Below are positions 38,097 through 49,971 of a DNA stretch of 64,000 nucleotides, in pieces. Location: the NCBI RefSeq assembly GCF_964188315.1, contig NC_135659.1, positions 31,806,001 through 31,870,000 of the forward strand, written 5' to 3'. Under the pieces are notes generated by a model that saw nothing but the letters and a program-made list of their open reading frames with translations, was not told where the DNA came from and searched no databases. The translations under genes and the position numbers were made by a program. Each line of letters opens with the position of its first letter. The stretch's first letter is position 1. The DNA is from Podarcis muralis (lineage: Eukaryota).

Positions 38097-38461
38097 ACAA
38101 CACATAAACCATTCTGTTTGGGTGAGTCCCTAAGCTATTAGCCTGCCATTGAATCCCTCCGTACCTTCAGGCCTGGCCCTCAACTAGCCTTTTCAAAGCA
38201 CCACTTTGAGAAAGAGATGGGGGGTTAGTGGGACAAAGTAGCCCACGGGCAAGACCCTCAGATTCATTTCCTTTTAATTTCTGGGTTACCAGCTTCACGA
38301 AGCAAGACTGGGCCAAGGGATCTCGGCCAATGCTCAACATTAACCAACCTCTGTTGCCTGCTCTGAGAAGGAGTCAGGCAACCCTTGTATAACTGGGGGG
38401 TGGGAGACTTAATAGAAGAATGCTTCCTTGGGTGACAGGAAACATTAAAGAAAGAAGGGAG

Positions 38462-38706
38462 CGAGAGCCAGTGTGGTGTTGTGGTTAAGAGCGGTAGACT
38501 TGTAATCTGGTGAACCGGGTTTGCATCCCCGCTCCTCCACATGCAGCTGTTGGGTGACCTTGGGCCAGTCACACTTCTTGGAAGTCTCTCAGCCCCACTC
38601 ACCTCACAGAGTATTTGTTGTGGGGGAGGGAGGAAAAGGAGATTGTTAGCCACTTTGAGACTCCTTTGGGTAGTGCTAAAGCGGGATATCAAATCCAAAC
38701 TCTTCT
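38462..38706 (+). mobile_element. Squam3-like tRNA/CORE SINE
   Basis: gagagccagtgtggtgttgtggttaagagcgg head with A/B boxes, gggtgaccttgggccagtcac core, L2-like tail aaagcgggatatcaaatccaaactcttc. Other copies at 36326-36578 (-) and 53165-53421 (-). Confidence 0.8.
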
Positions 38707-38748
38707 TTAAAAAAAATGAAGAAAGGGAAAGTACATTTTTCTCGACTA

Positions 38749-39000
38749 CAGTCATACCTCGGGTTGAATGTGCTTCATGTTGAGTGTTTTCGATTTATGC
38801 TCCACGACAGCCTGGAAGTAATGGAGCGCATTACTTCTTGGTTTCGCCACTCGCGTATGCGCAGACGCTCAAAATGACGTCACGCGCATGTGCGGAAGCA
38901 GCAAAACACGACCCACGCACGCGCAGATGCGTCTTACGTTCTATTCAGGATGTGAATGGGGCTCCAGAACGGATCCTTTTCACATCCCAAGGTACCACTG
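38749..39000. mobile_element. Tigger/pogo-like MITE, CpG-rich
   Basis: CAGTCATACCTCGG...CCAAGGTACCACTG with TA TSD. Confidence 0.85.
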
Positions 39001-40227
39001 TATACTTCACCTCTTTTGAATCCATTGATGTTGCAATCCAAAATCTGTTTCAAGGTTCACACCCCTTGTCCAGGAAACACTAGTAGATGGACAACTTCTG
39101 CATGTGAAAAGAGCAACACATGGCCCCAGCCTGATAGCCTATTTCTTCCAAAGTTTCATTTTTTAAAAAAAGAAAAATTATTTGTCCCTCTCTAGCTAAG
39201 TATCTCTGATCAACTTGATTAAGGAAAATTGTAGGGCATGTGCCTTAATAGCCTAGAGCTCAAGAGTCGTGATTTTTAGGCTCATCAGCCACATTAATGA
39301 GCAAGGGGGGGAGACGTCTCTTCTTTCCAGCACTCGCCTTGCAAATGTTTCTGTAAAAGGGATCCCACCCTCTCACAACCTTCCAAACAAGAAAAAGCAA
39401 CCTATCTAAAATAATCATGCATTCTGAATGTGCCTGTGTGCATTACAAAGTATAATGAGAACATGAAATCCAGACATGGACCACAAACTATCAGCGGCGT
39501 GCTGTTCCTTAAGGAAAAACTGTGCCCAAGTCGGCCTGGTGACTCAATAATGCACCACAAACCACATGTATCTATTCCCCCATTAGCTGCCGTTGAGTCA
39601 CCTTTTGACTTAGTTCCTGGTTGGCTCGTGATATTTCTCCAGATGAAGATTAGTCAGTTGGTTCCTGTTATCCTCAGCCATACAAGACGTGCTCTCTGTT
39701 TTCCCCTCTCTCTCCTTGGAAAATATGTAGGCTCATGATTCCTTTGAAAGAGATCAACCTCAAGCCAGAGAAAGTTAGTTGCAATGGTGCTTCAGTTAAT
39801 CAAAACTAGTGTTTAACATTGATTTCGGTGGGAATTGTGGGGATGTAACATGACTGTTGCAGTCAAATACACCATTTCCTGTTTGCCCAGAGTGGACACA
39901 CAGGGGAATGTTGCTCCAGCCAGGAGGACTTCCTGTCATACCTGGTCTGGAGCTTGCTCCCCCTGCGTGTGACCAGGTAGATGGGCATGATCCTGGCAGA
40001 CCCTTTCCAGCACGCAGGGCCAGTCACGCAGCCATCTTCTTCTTTTGCTACTGCTCTTTTGCTGTCTGCTGGCTCTCAGCCAGCAGCACATGGGCTCATC
40101 CCTCACAGAGGATGAACCCACACTTTTCTCTGTAACTGTAACTACAAGCTAAATCCTGCCTTCAGGACCATACTGTGAACTGAATATAAGTAAACATGAT
40201 CATTACTTTTAAAAGCAGACTGTTCAT

Positions 40228-40582
40228 GGGACGCAAGTGGCACTGTGAGTTAAACTACAGAGTCTAGGACTTGCCGATCAGAAGGTTGGCGGTTCGAATC
40301 CCCACGACGGGATGAGCTCCCATTGCTTGGTCCCTGCTCCTGCCAACCTAGCAGTTCAAAAGCACGTCAAAGTGCAAATAGATAAATAGGTACCGCTCCA
40401 GCAGGAAGATAAACGGCGTTTCCGTGCGCTGCTCTGGTTTGCCAGAAGCGGCTTAGTCATGCTGGCCACATGAATCGGAAGCTGTACGCCGGCTCCCTCG
40501 GCCAGTAAAGCGAGATGAGCACCGCAACCCCAGAGTCAGTCACAACTGGACCTAATGGTCAGGGGTCCCTTTACCTTTACCT
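40228..40582 (+). mobile_element. Sauria SINE, full length
   Basis: gggacgcaagtggcactgtg...ggtccctttacctttacc. Confidence 0.92.
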
Positions 40583-41600
40583 AAAGGGGATTTACCAGGA
40601 ACAATCCAATCTGGACAAGCCAGACTGGATTGCTTAACTCAAATGGTTCTAACGAATCCATCAACTAGCTTCCTGCAATGTACAAGGGAATGTGCTCTGC
40701 TACTAGCTCACTAGCGTGAGTGAGGAAGGATAATATTTAATCAATACATCCTCTCCTAATATCCTCAACATTCCCACAGGAATGAGCAGAACCAACGGAA
40801 CCTGGTCTTCACATAAGTTCAATACTCAGGTGAGTATGAATAGCAGGAGCACAGAACCTATGATCCTTAAGATTTTTGGCTGGGCTACAGTTCCCAGTAT
40901 CCCTGACCATTGGCCATAATGGCAGGGGTTGATGGGAGCTGGAGTCCAACAACATCTGGAGGTAATGGGTGTTGGAGTCCAGCAACAATCTCCCTAGCAA
41001 AAGGTATACTTGCCAAATTTGGACCATTAGGGTTTCCCTTTACAGCTTTTTCTGGCCCTATTCACCCTATCCTGTCCATGTGCCTACTCTTACAACTATG
41101 TTGCCCTGGCTGCTTTGGTACAAAGTCAGTTAATCAAACTTATCCAAGTATTTCAAGGCTATGGGTTATCTGGGCTCTCCAGTACAGCGGCTGACTGCTC
41201 AATGGCCCAACATGAGACTTACAAAACAGCGAGAAATCTCACTGCCAGAATCAAACTATAGCCTAACATTCTGACTCATTTTGACTAAGCATAGTTAGAG
41301 CAAACCATAGGAACTGTGGTTGATTCCAAGGTGGAAGCTTTGGGTCTCCTTATGCAGGAGGAGGAGAGAGGAAGCGGAAAGCCCTAAGGCCTTGCAGACT
41401 TATCCCCATCATGCTAAACCATGACTTAGCTTTATGTCTGAACTGGGTATAGCTCCAGGGGATATTTCTCTGCTTTTCCTGTAAGTAACCTTTGCTTCAG
41501 CCCTGCATTGCAACTTGTATTTTGAAAGTTTCCTCTGCCGAGAGATACGGATGCACGGGTGGCAGCGCCCGTGAGTATGATTCAGTATTGTCTGCTCAAC

Positions 41601-41615
41601 TTTTGCATAACAATT
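41601..41615 (-). promoter_or_regulatory. SOX-POU composite motif
   Basis: Minus strand AATTGTTATGCAAAA versus canonical CATTGTTATGCAAAT (13/15), inside a repeat-free island. Confidence 0.45.
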
Positions 41616-42435
41616 CGGCAAACGTGCCTTTTAAGCATTCAATTCTACTTCTGCAGCTTCTTAAAATTCCCTGCAATATAATTATCCTGATGGGAATGCA
41701 GGGAGATAATTGCTTTTAGAGGAAAGTTCTCTTTTGTTTCATGTTCATCTGGCTCCCACAAATGGAACAAGAGACCTTGAGCAGCATAAATACGTCTCTA
41801 GTTATTTATTTACAAAGATAGACCTTGACAAATGTAATTTGTTCAGTACAATTAAGAGGACGCACGATAATTCATTTAGACAAAAAAGGCTTAAAAAGGA
41901 ATGTCGGAGCCGGCAGCTCGCACTGCATCACGGTACACAATCAGCTGACTTTGAAGCGGCAGCAGGTGTTCCCGCTTATGGAATGCAGGCCTGAAATAAT
42001 ATTTGAAGGGGGCGGGAAGGAGGGAGTTAAGAACCGGAGCCATTCTTTATGCAGGCAATAATTATACAAATTAGATCTGTGAAAGCCGGGGGATGGCTAT
42101 ACCTTGAACCCTGTCTTGCACACAATGGGACAATGGGAAAAATAATAATTAAATCTATTACCTCCATTTGCGGCTCCCACTCCAAAGATACCCGGCTAGT
42201 TCAAAGGCTTTGGCACTTGCGCTTCCATCAATGCTTTCATGCACTTTCTGCGCTACGGATGCACGCATTGTCTTCTAAATGGAACGGCTTGTTTTTTTGT
42301 TGCCTTTATATTCTGAATTAGCAAGGTCATCCCTTAACGCCGCCCACGTGGAACGTTTGCCAACTTCACCTTCACCCGAAACAGTGAAACAAAGCTCCCA
42401 CCCCGAAGCTCAGGTGGACTAATCAAGGGGATCGG

Positions 42436-43308
42436 CAGACCCTCCAAGTGTCCCTATTTTCCAGGGACAGTCCCAGATTTATAGAAGCCGTCCTGGTTTC
42501 GGAATGTCCTTAGGACGTCCCTATTTCCGTTGGAGAAACGTTGGAAGGTATGGAGTTATTGTGACCCTCGAGCCAAGGAGATAAGTATAACCTTTAGAAG
42601 ACACCTGAAGACCTATATAGGGGGCGGGGATTAATGTTGAGTGTTTTATTATATTTTTATATATGTTGGGTGGAATCTAGACAGCATCTTAAAAAGCAGA
42701 GACATCACATTACCGACAAAGGTCCGTACAGTTAAAGCTATGGTTTTCCCAGTTGTGATGTATGGAAGTGAGAACTGGCCCATAAAGAAAGCTGATCGCC
42801 GAAGAATTGATGCTTTTGAATTATGGTGCTGGAGGAGATTCTTGAGAGTTCCATGGACTGCAAGAAGATCAAACCTATCCATTCTTCAGGAAACCAGCCC
42901 TGAGTGCTCACTGGAAGGACAGATTGTGAAGCTGAGGCTCCAATACTTTGGCCACCTCATGAGAAGAGAAGACCTGGAAAAGACCCTGATGTTGGGAAAG
43001 ATTGAGGGCACAAGGAGAAGGGGCCAACAGAGGACGAGATGGTTGGACAGTGTTCTCGAAGCTACCAGTATGAGTTTGACCAAACTGCGGGAGGCAGTGG
43101 AAGACAGGAGTGCCTGGCGTGCTCTGGTCCATGGGGACATGAAGAATCGGACACGACTAAACAACTAAACAACAACAAAAATATATGTTGGAAACCACTC
43201 AGAGTAGCTGGGGCAACCCAGTCAGATTGGCAGGGTATAAATGTTACTGTGATGATGATGATTGAATAGGAGGTCCCTATTGTCATCGGAGAAATCTTGG
43301 AGGAGATG
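42436..43308 (+). mobile_element. Composite TIR/L2-tail element with nested BovB
   Basis: cagaccctccaagtgtccc start; internal ttggaaggtatg; L2 tail split by BovB; terminal ttggaggagatg. Confidence 0.82.
42670..43180 (+). mobile_element. BovB (RTE) LINE 3' fragment
   Basis: ORF 42641-43168 reads LDSILKSRDITLPTKVRTVKAMVFPVVMYGSENWPIKKADRRRIDAFELWCWRRFLRVPWTARRSN. Perfect 11-bp TSD atatatgttgg (42659-42669, 43181-43191). Confidence 0.95.
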
Positions 43309-45697
43309 GTTCCACCCTCGCTTTCTCTCCCCTCCCTGCTCCTACAAAAACTGACACGGTTGGAGGTGAGGGAACAGAACAGCCACTTCCCCCTGCCAAA
43401 AGAACATAAAAAAACCCTTTTGTTCAGGTTGAAAGAGTAAGAAAAGCTCTTGGGAACTTCACAATGTTGCCTGAAGGCCCATGCAGGCTTGATAACTCTT
43501 CTCTCTCTTTTATTCGCTGTGTCTTCTTGAGCCACAGGAAAGGAAAAGCTGTTCGCTTCCAACAAAGTCATCTTTGTCTTGGGTTGGCTTGAATGGTTGT
43601 TCTTGGAGAGATTTGCAGTCTCCACATTAAAAATGATAACAATATTGATATACAGTTAAATGGCAAAAGGCTGGTGATTTTGGATGATGACATTTTAGCA
43701 CTGTACACTTTTCTTTGCTTCTCCTCAATGACTCTCTCTCTCCTATTCTTTTAAACAAGATGACACATTCGGAAAGGATGGACATTGCCAGTTGTGTGTC
43801 TGGGAAGGGACCGATCCACCTTCACTGTTCTCTCTTCCACTGAAAAGATGGGCCATCTGCTGGGCACAGATGTGTCCAGGCAATATGGGCATTGAATTTG
43901 CTCTACAGTCCTCTATTGGAAAAGCTCATCAGGGGAGACCAATAGTTCAGATAGCAGAAGTTGCTATTAAGGATGGAGGAGAAACTCTATTCCGTTCACA
44001 TTTAAATGAGAATCCACCTAATTTGCACTTTCTGGAACATTATGCAGACCAGAGCACAGCCATCCTTCAAAATGCACATTTCTTCTAATTTCGCAGTGCC
44101 GATCTCCAGCCAAGTAATATGTACAGAAACGCATATACCAGGGCAAAGCGTGCATAAAATTGCATATATTCATATATTCATGAAAATAACATATAAAAAG
44201 TTTTTCTATTGTGGAAAAAATGTTTTACAACTATGTGCCTATTTGAAGCCTAAGAAGAATATCAGGCCAAAGGCCCATTTATTGAAGCACCCTGTTCTCA
44301 TAGGGGCCAAGTATATTTGTCATAATCGCATAAAAGAATGTGTATATTAGGAAAAAGTCACATTAAAATGCTAATACGGACTTTCTTAAAAAAACAAAAA
44401 CTGTGACATGGAGAAGTTAAGACTGGAAAAAATGAGAACTGAGAAAAACTGATTCACCCATCCCTAGTTGCAATAGAACAGCACTGTGTCCTTTGCCCTC
44501 TCATTTTTCTCTTCTACAGAAGGACAATATTTTCAGCCGGAACTTGGTTCTGGCACCTCTCAGGTGGGCACCATTCCTATTATAAGAGACCAAGGGAGGC
44601 GTTCAATGGTGAGTTCCGGCACCTCTGTTTCTACAAAAATAGCACTGTGTGTATCAATGTGGGTGGAACCAAGAAAGAGAGATTAAGAAAGCAGGCAGGA
44701 AGAATAACTCGGTGACACAGAGGAAAGGCTACTCAACTGAGAGAACCACTACCAGGAGGGAGCTCACTGAGTCACAGAGAGGAATAAGTAGGCACAACTG
44801 ATGACCCACACAAAAATAGTCATCTTATACCTGAGTGGTTTTCCTTAGCAACAGATCTTGGAAGCCATGTGGAAAAATGCACCCCATGTGCCATGAACAA
44901 GCCACAAGGAGAAGCTGTAATAAGAGCAATTGACCCTCATAATATCCCTGTGCCTAGGGTTTACCTAAAGAAGATTTGAAACCGTTCTGTGAGGTGCAGA
45001 AACAGGAAACACAAAAGAAATTCCATGCCCACTTAAACAGCAACAGGGATACTCCGAGTCTTCTTGAATCAGATTCAACTTCTCTCCATCAGCTGCAAAG
45101 TGTATTACATTTGGCACCGGGGCATTCCTTTCCCTGGCGCCTCCGCTGAATAGAGATGTTATTCCGTCGTGCTTATTTAAGCAGAAAGGGCATTATAATT
45201 CCTCCGTACTGTAGCAGCGGCTCGCCCAAGGTGTAATAGGGTTTCAAGCGATATGCCAGAAAGGGTTGGGGAAATAAGTAATGAGCGGGTTGCCCTGCTA
45301 AATACCATCATGACAAATTTGCTAAGTGTTCGGCGAGATAAAACACAGCACTTTAAATGCCCAGCAAATCAATACTAAGCACCTACTGGGCTATTCATTT
45401 TAGAAAGGAGGGCAAACCTTTGAAGGCTTACTCTTCTGGCATGGAGTCCGTGCCTGAGTCCTTTCAGAATCTGAGCAGTTATAGATATATGTATGTACAC
45501 AAGGTTAATGTGAATAGCGGAGCCCTTTGCAATCTTTCTAACAAGTTCCATGTAGCCATTGCTTTGTTCCTTACATCAGCTGGACAGCTCATAGAAAACT
45601 TGTTTTAAGACAATATTCAATGCTGTTATGAATAGGACACCAACAGTAGGTTCCCAGCACTCCTCTCGGGGTGACCCAGGATCCATCTTTGTCACTA

Positions 45698-46260
45698 TAA
45701 GAATAAGAATAAGAATAAGAATTTATTATTTGTACCCTGCCCATCTGGCTGGGTTTCCCCAGCCACTCTGGGTGGCTTCCACAAAGGCCAAAAATACACT
45801 AAGATGTCACACATTAAAAACTTCCCTGAACAGTGTTGCTTTAAGATGTCTTCTGAATGTCAGGTAGTTGCTTATCTCTTTGACATCTGATGGGAGGGCG
45901 TTCCACAGGGCGGGCACCACTACCGAGAAGGCCCTCTGTCTGGTTCCCTGTAGCTTTGCTTCTCGCAATCAGGGAACCGCCAGAAGGCCCTCGGCACTGG
46001 ACCTCAGCGTCCGGGCAGAACAATGGGGGTGGAGACGCTCCTTCAGGTATACTGGGCTGAGGCCGTTTAGGGCCTTAAAGGTCAACACCAACACTTTGAA
46101 TTGTGCTCGGAAACGTACTGGGATCCAATGTAGGTCTTTCAAGACCGGTGTTATGTGGTCTAGGCGGCCGCCCCCAATCACCAGTTTAGCCGCCGCATTC
46201 TGGATTAGTTGTAGTTTCCGGGTCACCTTCAAAGGTAGCCCCACGTAGAGCGCATTGCCC
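45698..46260 (-). mobile_element. L2 LINE 3' end, relatively young
   Basis: NALYVGLPLKVTRKLQLIQNAAAKLVIGGGRLDHITPVLKDLHWIPVRFRAQFKVLVLTFKALNGL, plus 3' UTR homologous to the segment captured in the composite element. Confidence 0.93.
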
Positions 46261-46261
46261 T

Positions 46262-47140
46262 CAGTGGCTAGGAGGCCTTTTACCAGCTTCAGCTGGCAAG
46301 ACAACTATGGCTGCTTCTAGACTGCAACAGCCTGAACACTATCACCTATGCACTGGTAACCTCTGGGGTGGGTTGCTGCAATGTACTCTCTGTGGGTCCA
46401 CCCTTGAGGATGGCTCAAGAATGGCAGGTGGCGCAAAACGCAGCAGTTGAAATGCTGACTGGGGCAGGATATTGCCAGTGTATTATCCCGCAGTTGACAG
46501 ATTTGCACCAGCTGCCCATTAGCTACCATTAGCTAAGTTGAAGGTATTGGTTTTGGCGTCAAAAGCCCTATACAGAGCTTGGCACCAGGATAGCTGAAAG
46601 TTTGTTTGCTTATTAAATTTCTAGACTGCCCTTCATCCAAAGACCACAGGGTGGTTTACAATATAAAAACAGGAAAAAAATATAGTCTCGCTCCTTTCAT
46701 ATCCAACTGATCACTGTGCTTCGCAGGTAGGGCTGGCAAATGGCATCCAGGCAGAATTTGCTGAATCGGCAAAATGTCCTGGAAAACCCAGAGGTATGGC
46801 AATTAGAGGTATGGCGATGTTTTTAAAGAAAAAAAATGTTTTAAAAATCCCACCAAAATGTTGGAGATGTTCCCCTCAACAACTTTGACCAAAAAAGAAA
46901 AGAAAAGCACAACAACTTTGTCCGGATTTTCATTTTTGGGACTATGGCAACCCTATCCGCAGGTCTCTGGCAGATGCTATCTTATCAGGATGTCCATTCC
47001 ACACAATATAGGAATCAGGCTTTTAGTGTTGTGGTAGCTACTCTTTGGAATGCTCTCCCCTTAATAATTAGCCAGGTGCTCTCTCTGTTCATCTTTTCAG
47101 CACCTGCTGAAGACCTTCCTATTCAAGCCTTTTCAGTTGA
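46262..47140 (+). mobile_element. Older L2 fragment interrupted by other repeats
   Basis: Degenerate YALVTSGVGCCNVLSVGPPL...QNAAVEMLTG...DLHQLPI and later AFSVVVATLWNALPL. Confidence 0.7.
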
Positions 47141-47386
47141 GATCTTTCCTAGTCTGACATACGCCCAGACATTACCGGGATTTGAAAGGTGGAATTGATG
47201 TCCGGGGGGGGGGGGGTCCGTAAGGTGGCACTTTGTCCTGGATCTTGGACAAATCAACCGAACAAATCATGGGTTTTTGGCATTTTTGTTGGCTCAACAA
47301 TTTTGGGGTGTTTCTAAAGAAAAAAGTTCAATGACTTTTGGGGTGTCCTGGATTTTACTTTTTGAAATATGGGCAACCCTAGATTT

Positions 47387-47687
47387 TGTCACAACTGGAG
47401 AAGAGGCTTGTTTCTTCACAAGCCTCACCCTTCTCTGTGTCCTGGCCCCATTCCCCTCCAGCCTCCGCTTCTGCCTTGACGTCTAGACTGCTCTCTGCCA
47501 CAGACTCTCTCTGCTCACTAAGCCCTGTTACCTCTTCTGTTTCTGGCACCTCCTCCTCCCAGTCTCCTCCCTCTGACCACTTATCACCATCCCACCACCA
47601 ATCCTCAAGCTCTGAGCCTTCATCCCTTTGGGATTCCCCAGCTGGTTACTTCCACCCTTCCTCTGTGTCTGCAACAAGTCCGTGACA
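47387..47687 (-). mobile_element. Partial LTR (5' half of the 49972 family)
   Basis: Alignable to 49972-50250 in reverse; TGACA end at 47683-47687; no TSD seen. Confidence 0.75.
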
Positions 47688-48482
47688 ACATACATTAAAC
47701 CCCAAGGCAGCCTATCTCCCAGAAAGAGCTGTGACAGACACTTTCACCTTTGGACTAGCATTCCACTAGCAGGATGAGTTCTAATTGTACTTTGGGCTAG
47801 TTGTGTGTGTGTGTGTGTGTATATGTGTGTGTGTGCGCGCCATTGTTACCTGCCATGAGTCACTGGGAAGGCGTGGGAGAGAAATGGAAACAAATATGTC
47901 CAAATATTAAAGGTTTTGGAACCTCATATGCATATTAATTGTTATATGCTTGTGCAGGTGTTAGTCAGCTTGTCAGATCTGGCAGCCGAGCAAAGGAGCT
48001 GTCAATCTGCAAGCCTAATTTGGAGATACGCATCAGCATATGAGGCACAGGTCTGGGGCAGGCCCAGGACCAATAGACACAATATGCCAGAGCTGGAAAG
48101 CACTGATGCTATGCAAATGTGAAATGTGTAAGGGCTGGATCCACGCAAAAGTGAGTCACATTGAATTCCCATGGAACTCCAGTCAGTGACAACCTGTTTG
48201 TGGGGCAGATCCAGTCGCATACTGGAAATGCAGGTGCGTGCGATTGAAGCGGGCTGACACACTTTCAAAGCTGCTCTTTCAAAATGGACTTGCTGCAGTT
48301 AGGGAAGTGACAAAGAAGTGTCAGATAACGACTGACCGGGAGATGGCTAACTTCCCCAAACAACAAAGCAGCCCATAGTCATGACTTAACTTTTAACTTT
48401 GATTTGTGGGGCAGCAGGACCAGATTGGTCACCTTTCAAGCAGAGTTGCCTCCTCTGCCACAGAAAGGGGCCTTACACTATA

Positions 48483-48836
48483 GGTAAGGTAAAGGGACCC
48501 CTGACCATTAGGTGCAGTTGTGGCCAACTCTGGGGTTGCGGCGCTCATCTCGCTTTATTGGCCGAGGGAGCCAGCGTACAGCTTCCGGGTCATGTGGCCA
48601 GCATGACTAAGCCGCTTCTGGCAAACCAGAGCAGTGCACAGAAATGCCGTTTACCTTCCTGCCGGAGCGGTACCCATTTATCTACTTGCACTATTGATGT
48701 GCTTTCGAACTGCTAGGTTGGCAGGAGCAGGGACCAAGCAATGGGAGTTCACCCCGCTGCGGGGATTCAAACCGGCGACCTTCTGATCGGCAAGTCCTAG
48801 GCTCTGTGGTTTAACCCACAGCGCCACCCGCATCCC
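48483..48836 (-). mobile_element. Sauria SINE, full length
   Basis: Reverse complement of the 40228 element; actata direct repeat on the flanks. Confidence 0.92.
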
Positions 48837-49079
48837 ACTATACACTATAAGCCTGCCTAAAATGAACGCAAGCCCTTTTAAATCAGTTTGCTGGGTTCCT
48901 GTGAACTTGATTTGGGATTAAACTCGAGCAGCGAGGGTCTTCTTTGCCCTCTGCAGAAAGGAAGACAGTTGACAGTGAAACCAAGCGTATCTCCACTGAA
49001 GCTGCAAAATGGGGAGCTGAATGAGGCCATCTGAAGGGCTTCTACATACTTTTCGCGGCATACGGTGCGAATTCCTCTT

Positions 49080-49095
49080 GCACCACCTAGTGGCG
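49080..49095 (-). promoter_or_regulatory. Candidate CTCF site
   Basis: Minus strand CGCCACTAGGTGGTGC versus core CCASYAGRKGGCRS (one mismatch), in non-repetitive CpG-retaining sequence. Confidence 0.55.
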
Positions 49096-49971
49096 AAAAT
49101 GCAAAACTGAGTTTTTAATTCGTGGTCCGGATGAATTTTGTCCTCTCTTTCTCCTCCGCCACCAGCCTCCCCCCACAAAGCAGGAAATGTATCAATCTCG
49201 CGTTTTCTCTAACCATGAAAACAGCCACCACTGCCAGATGCACGAAGCCTTTTCAGCAGCTGCACAGACATATTAAAACAACGGAGAGGGGAAGGAATAT
49301 TGCTGTGTGTGTGTGTGTTTTAAAAGAAGAATGCCTTAAAAAATAAAATCAAAGTTCTACGGGAAGGTGAGGCAGAGAAGAAACAGCGAGAGCTGTATGT
49401 TTGTCGCTACTTATCTTTCATGGTCACTGGGCTTGCAGTTAGATAATTGCCTCTTGATAATTGCTCAACGCTAGATAAGAGCTGAAGTAAGGCAGTTGGT
49501 TTTATCGGCCTTAACATAAGATCCGTCAAGCAGAAGATTAAAGGGGAGGCCCATTGGCAATGGAACCCATGGTAAAGTACACAAATTGCCTATTGCTAAT
49601 TAGTCCCCACTTTGCATCATGGCTGCAGCTCTACTTGAATCAGAAAGGGCGGGGGGGGGGGCAGGATGCCACAAAACTGCAGATCTGTTTGCACAAATCA
49701 GCAGAATCTAGCTGCAACGCTTTCCCTAGACTGTTCTCCCAATTGGTTTTTTTTTTGGGGGGGGAGATTTGTTGGAAATACTTCTCATTATGCATGCTCA
49801 TACCTGCACGTAGGAAAAGTAGCTCATCAGGGACATCTAGGCTGACCCGTGGTCTGCTTTGGTAAGAGCAGGGAGTTCATTAGCTAAGGAAGCAGTCAAA
49901 AATATTTCCCAAAGTGGCCCGCTTCTGGAAACGCTTTGCCTCCTGTTGCGAGTATAAAAGTTGGCCCTGTG

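Noticed and set aside
39855-40225. Possible additional solo LTR
   Set aside because: LTR-like composition but no clear TG...CA termini or TSD.
43062-43625. 187-aa minus-strand ORF
   Set aside because: Ends antisense to BovB and the composite repeat; no recognisable domain.
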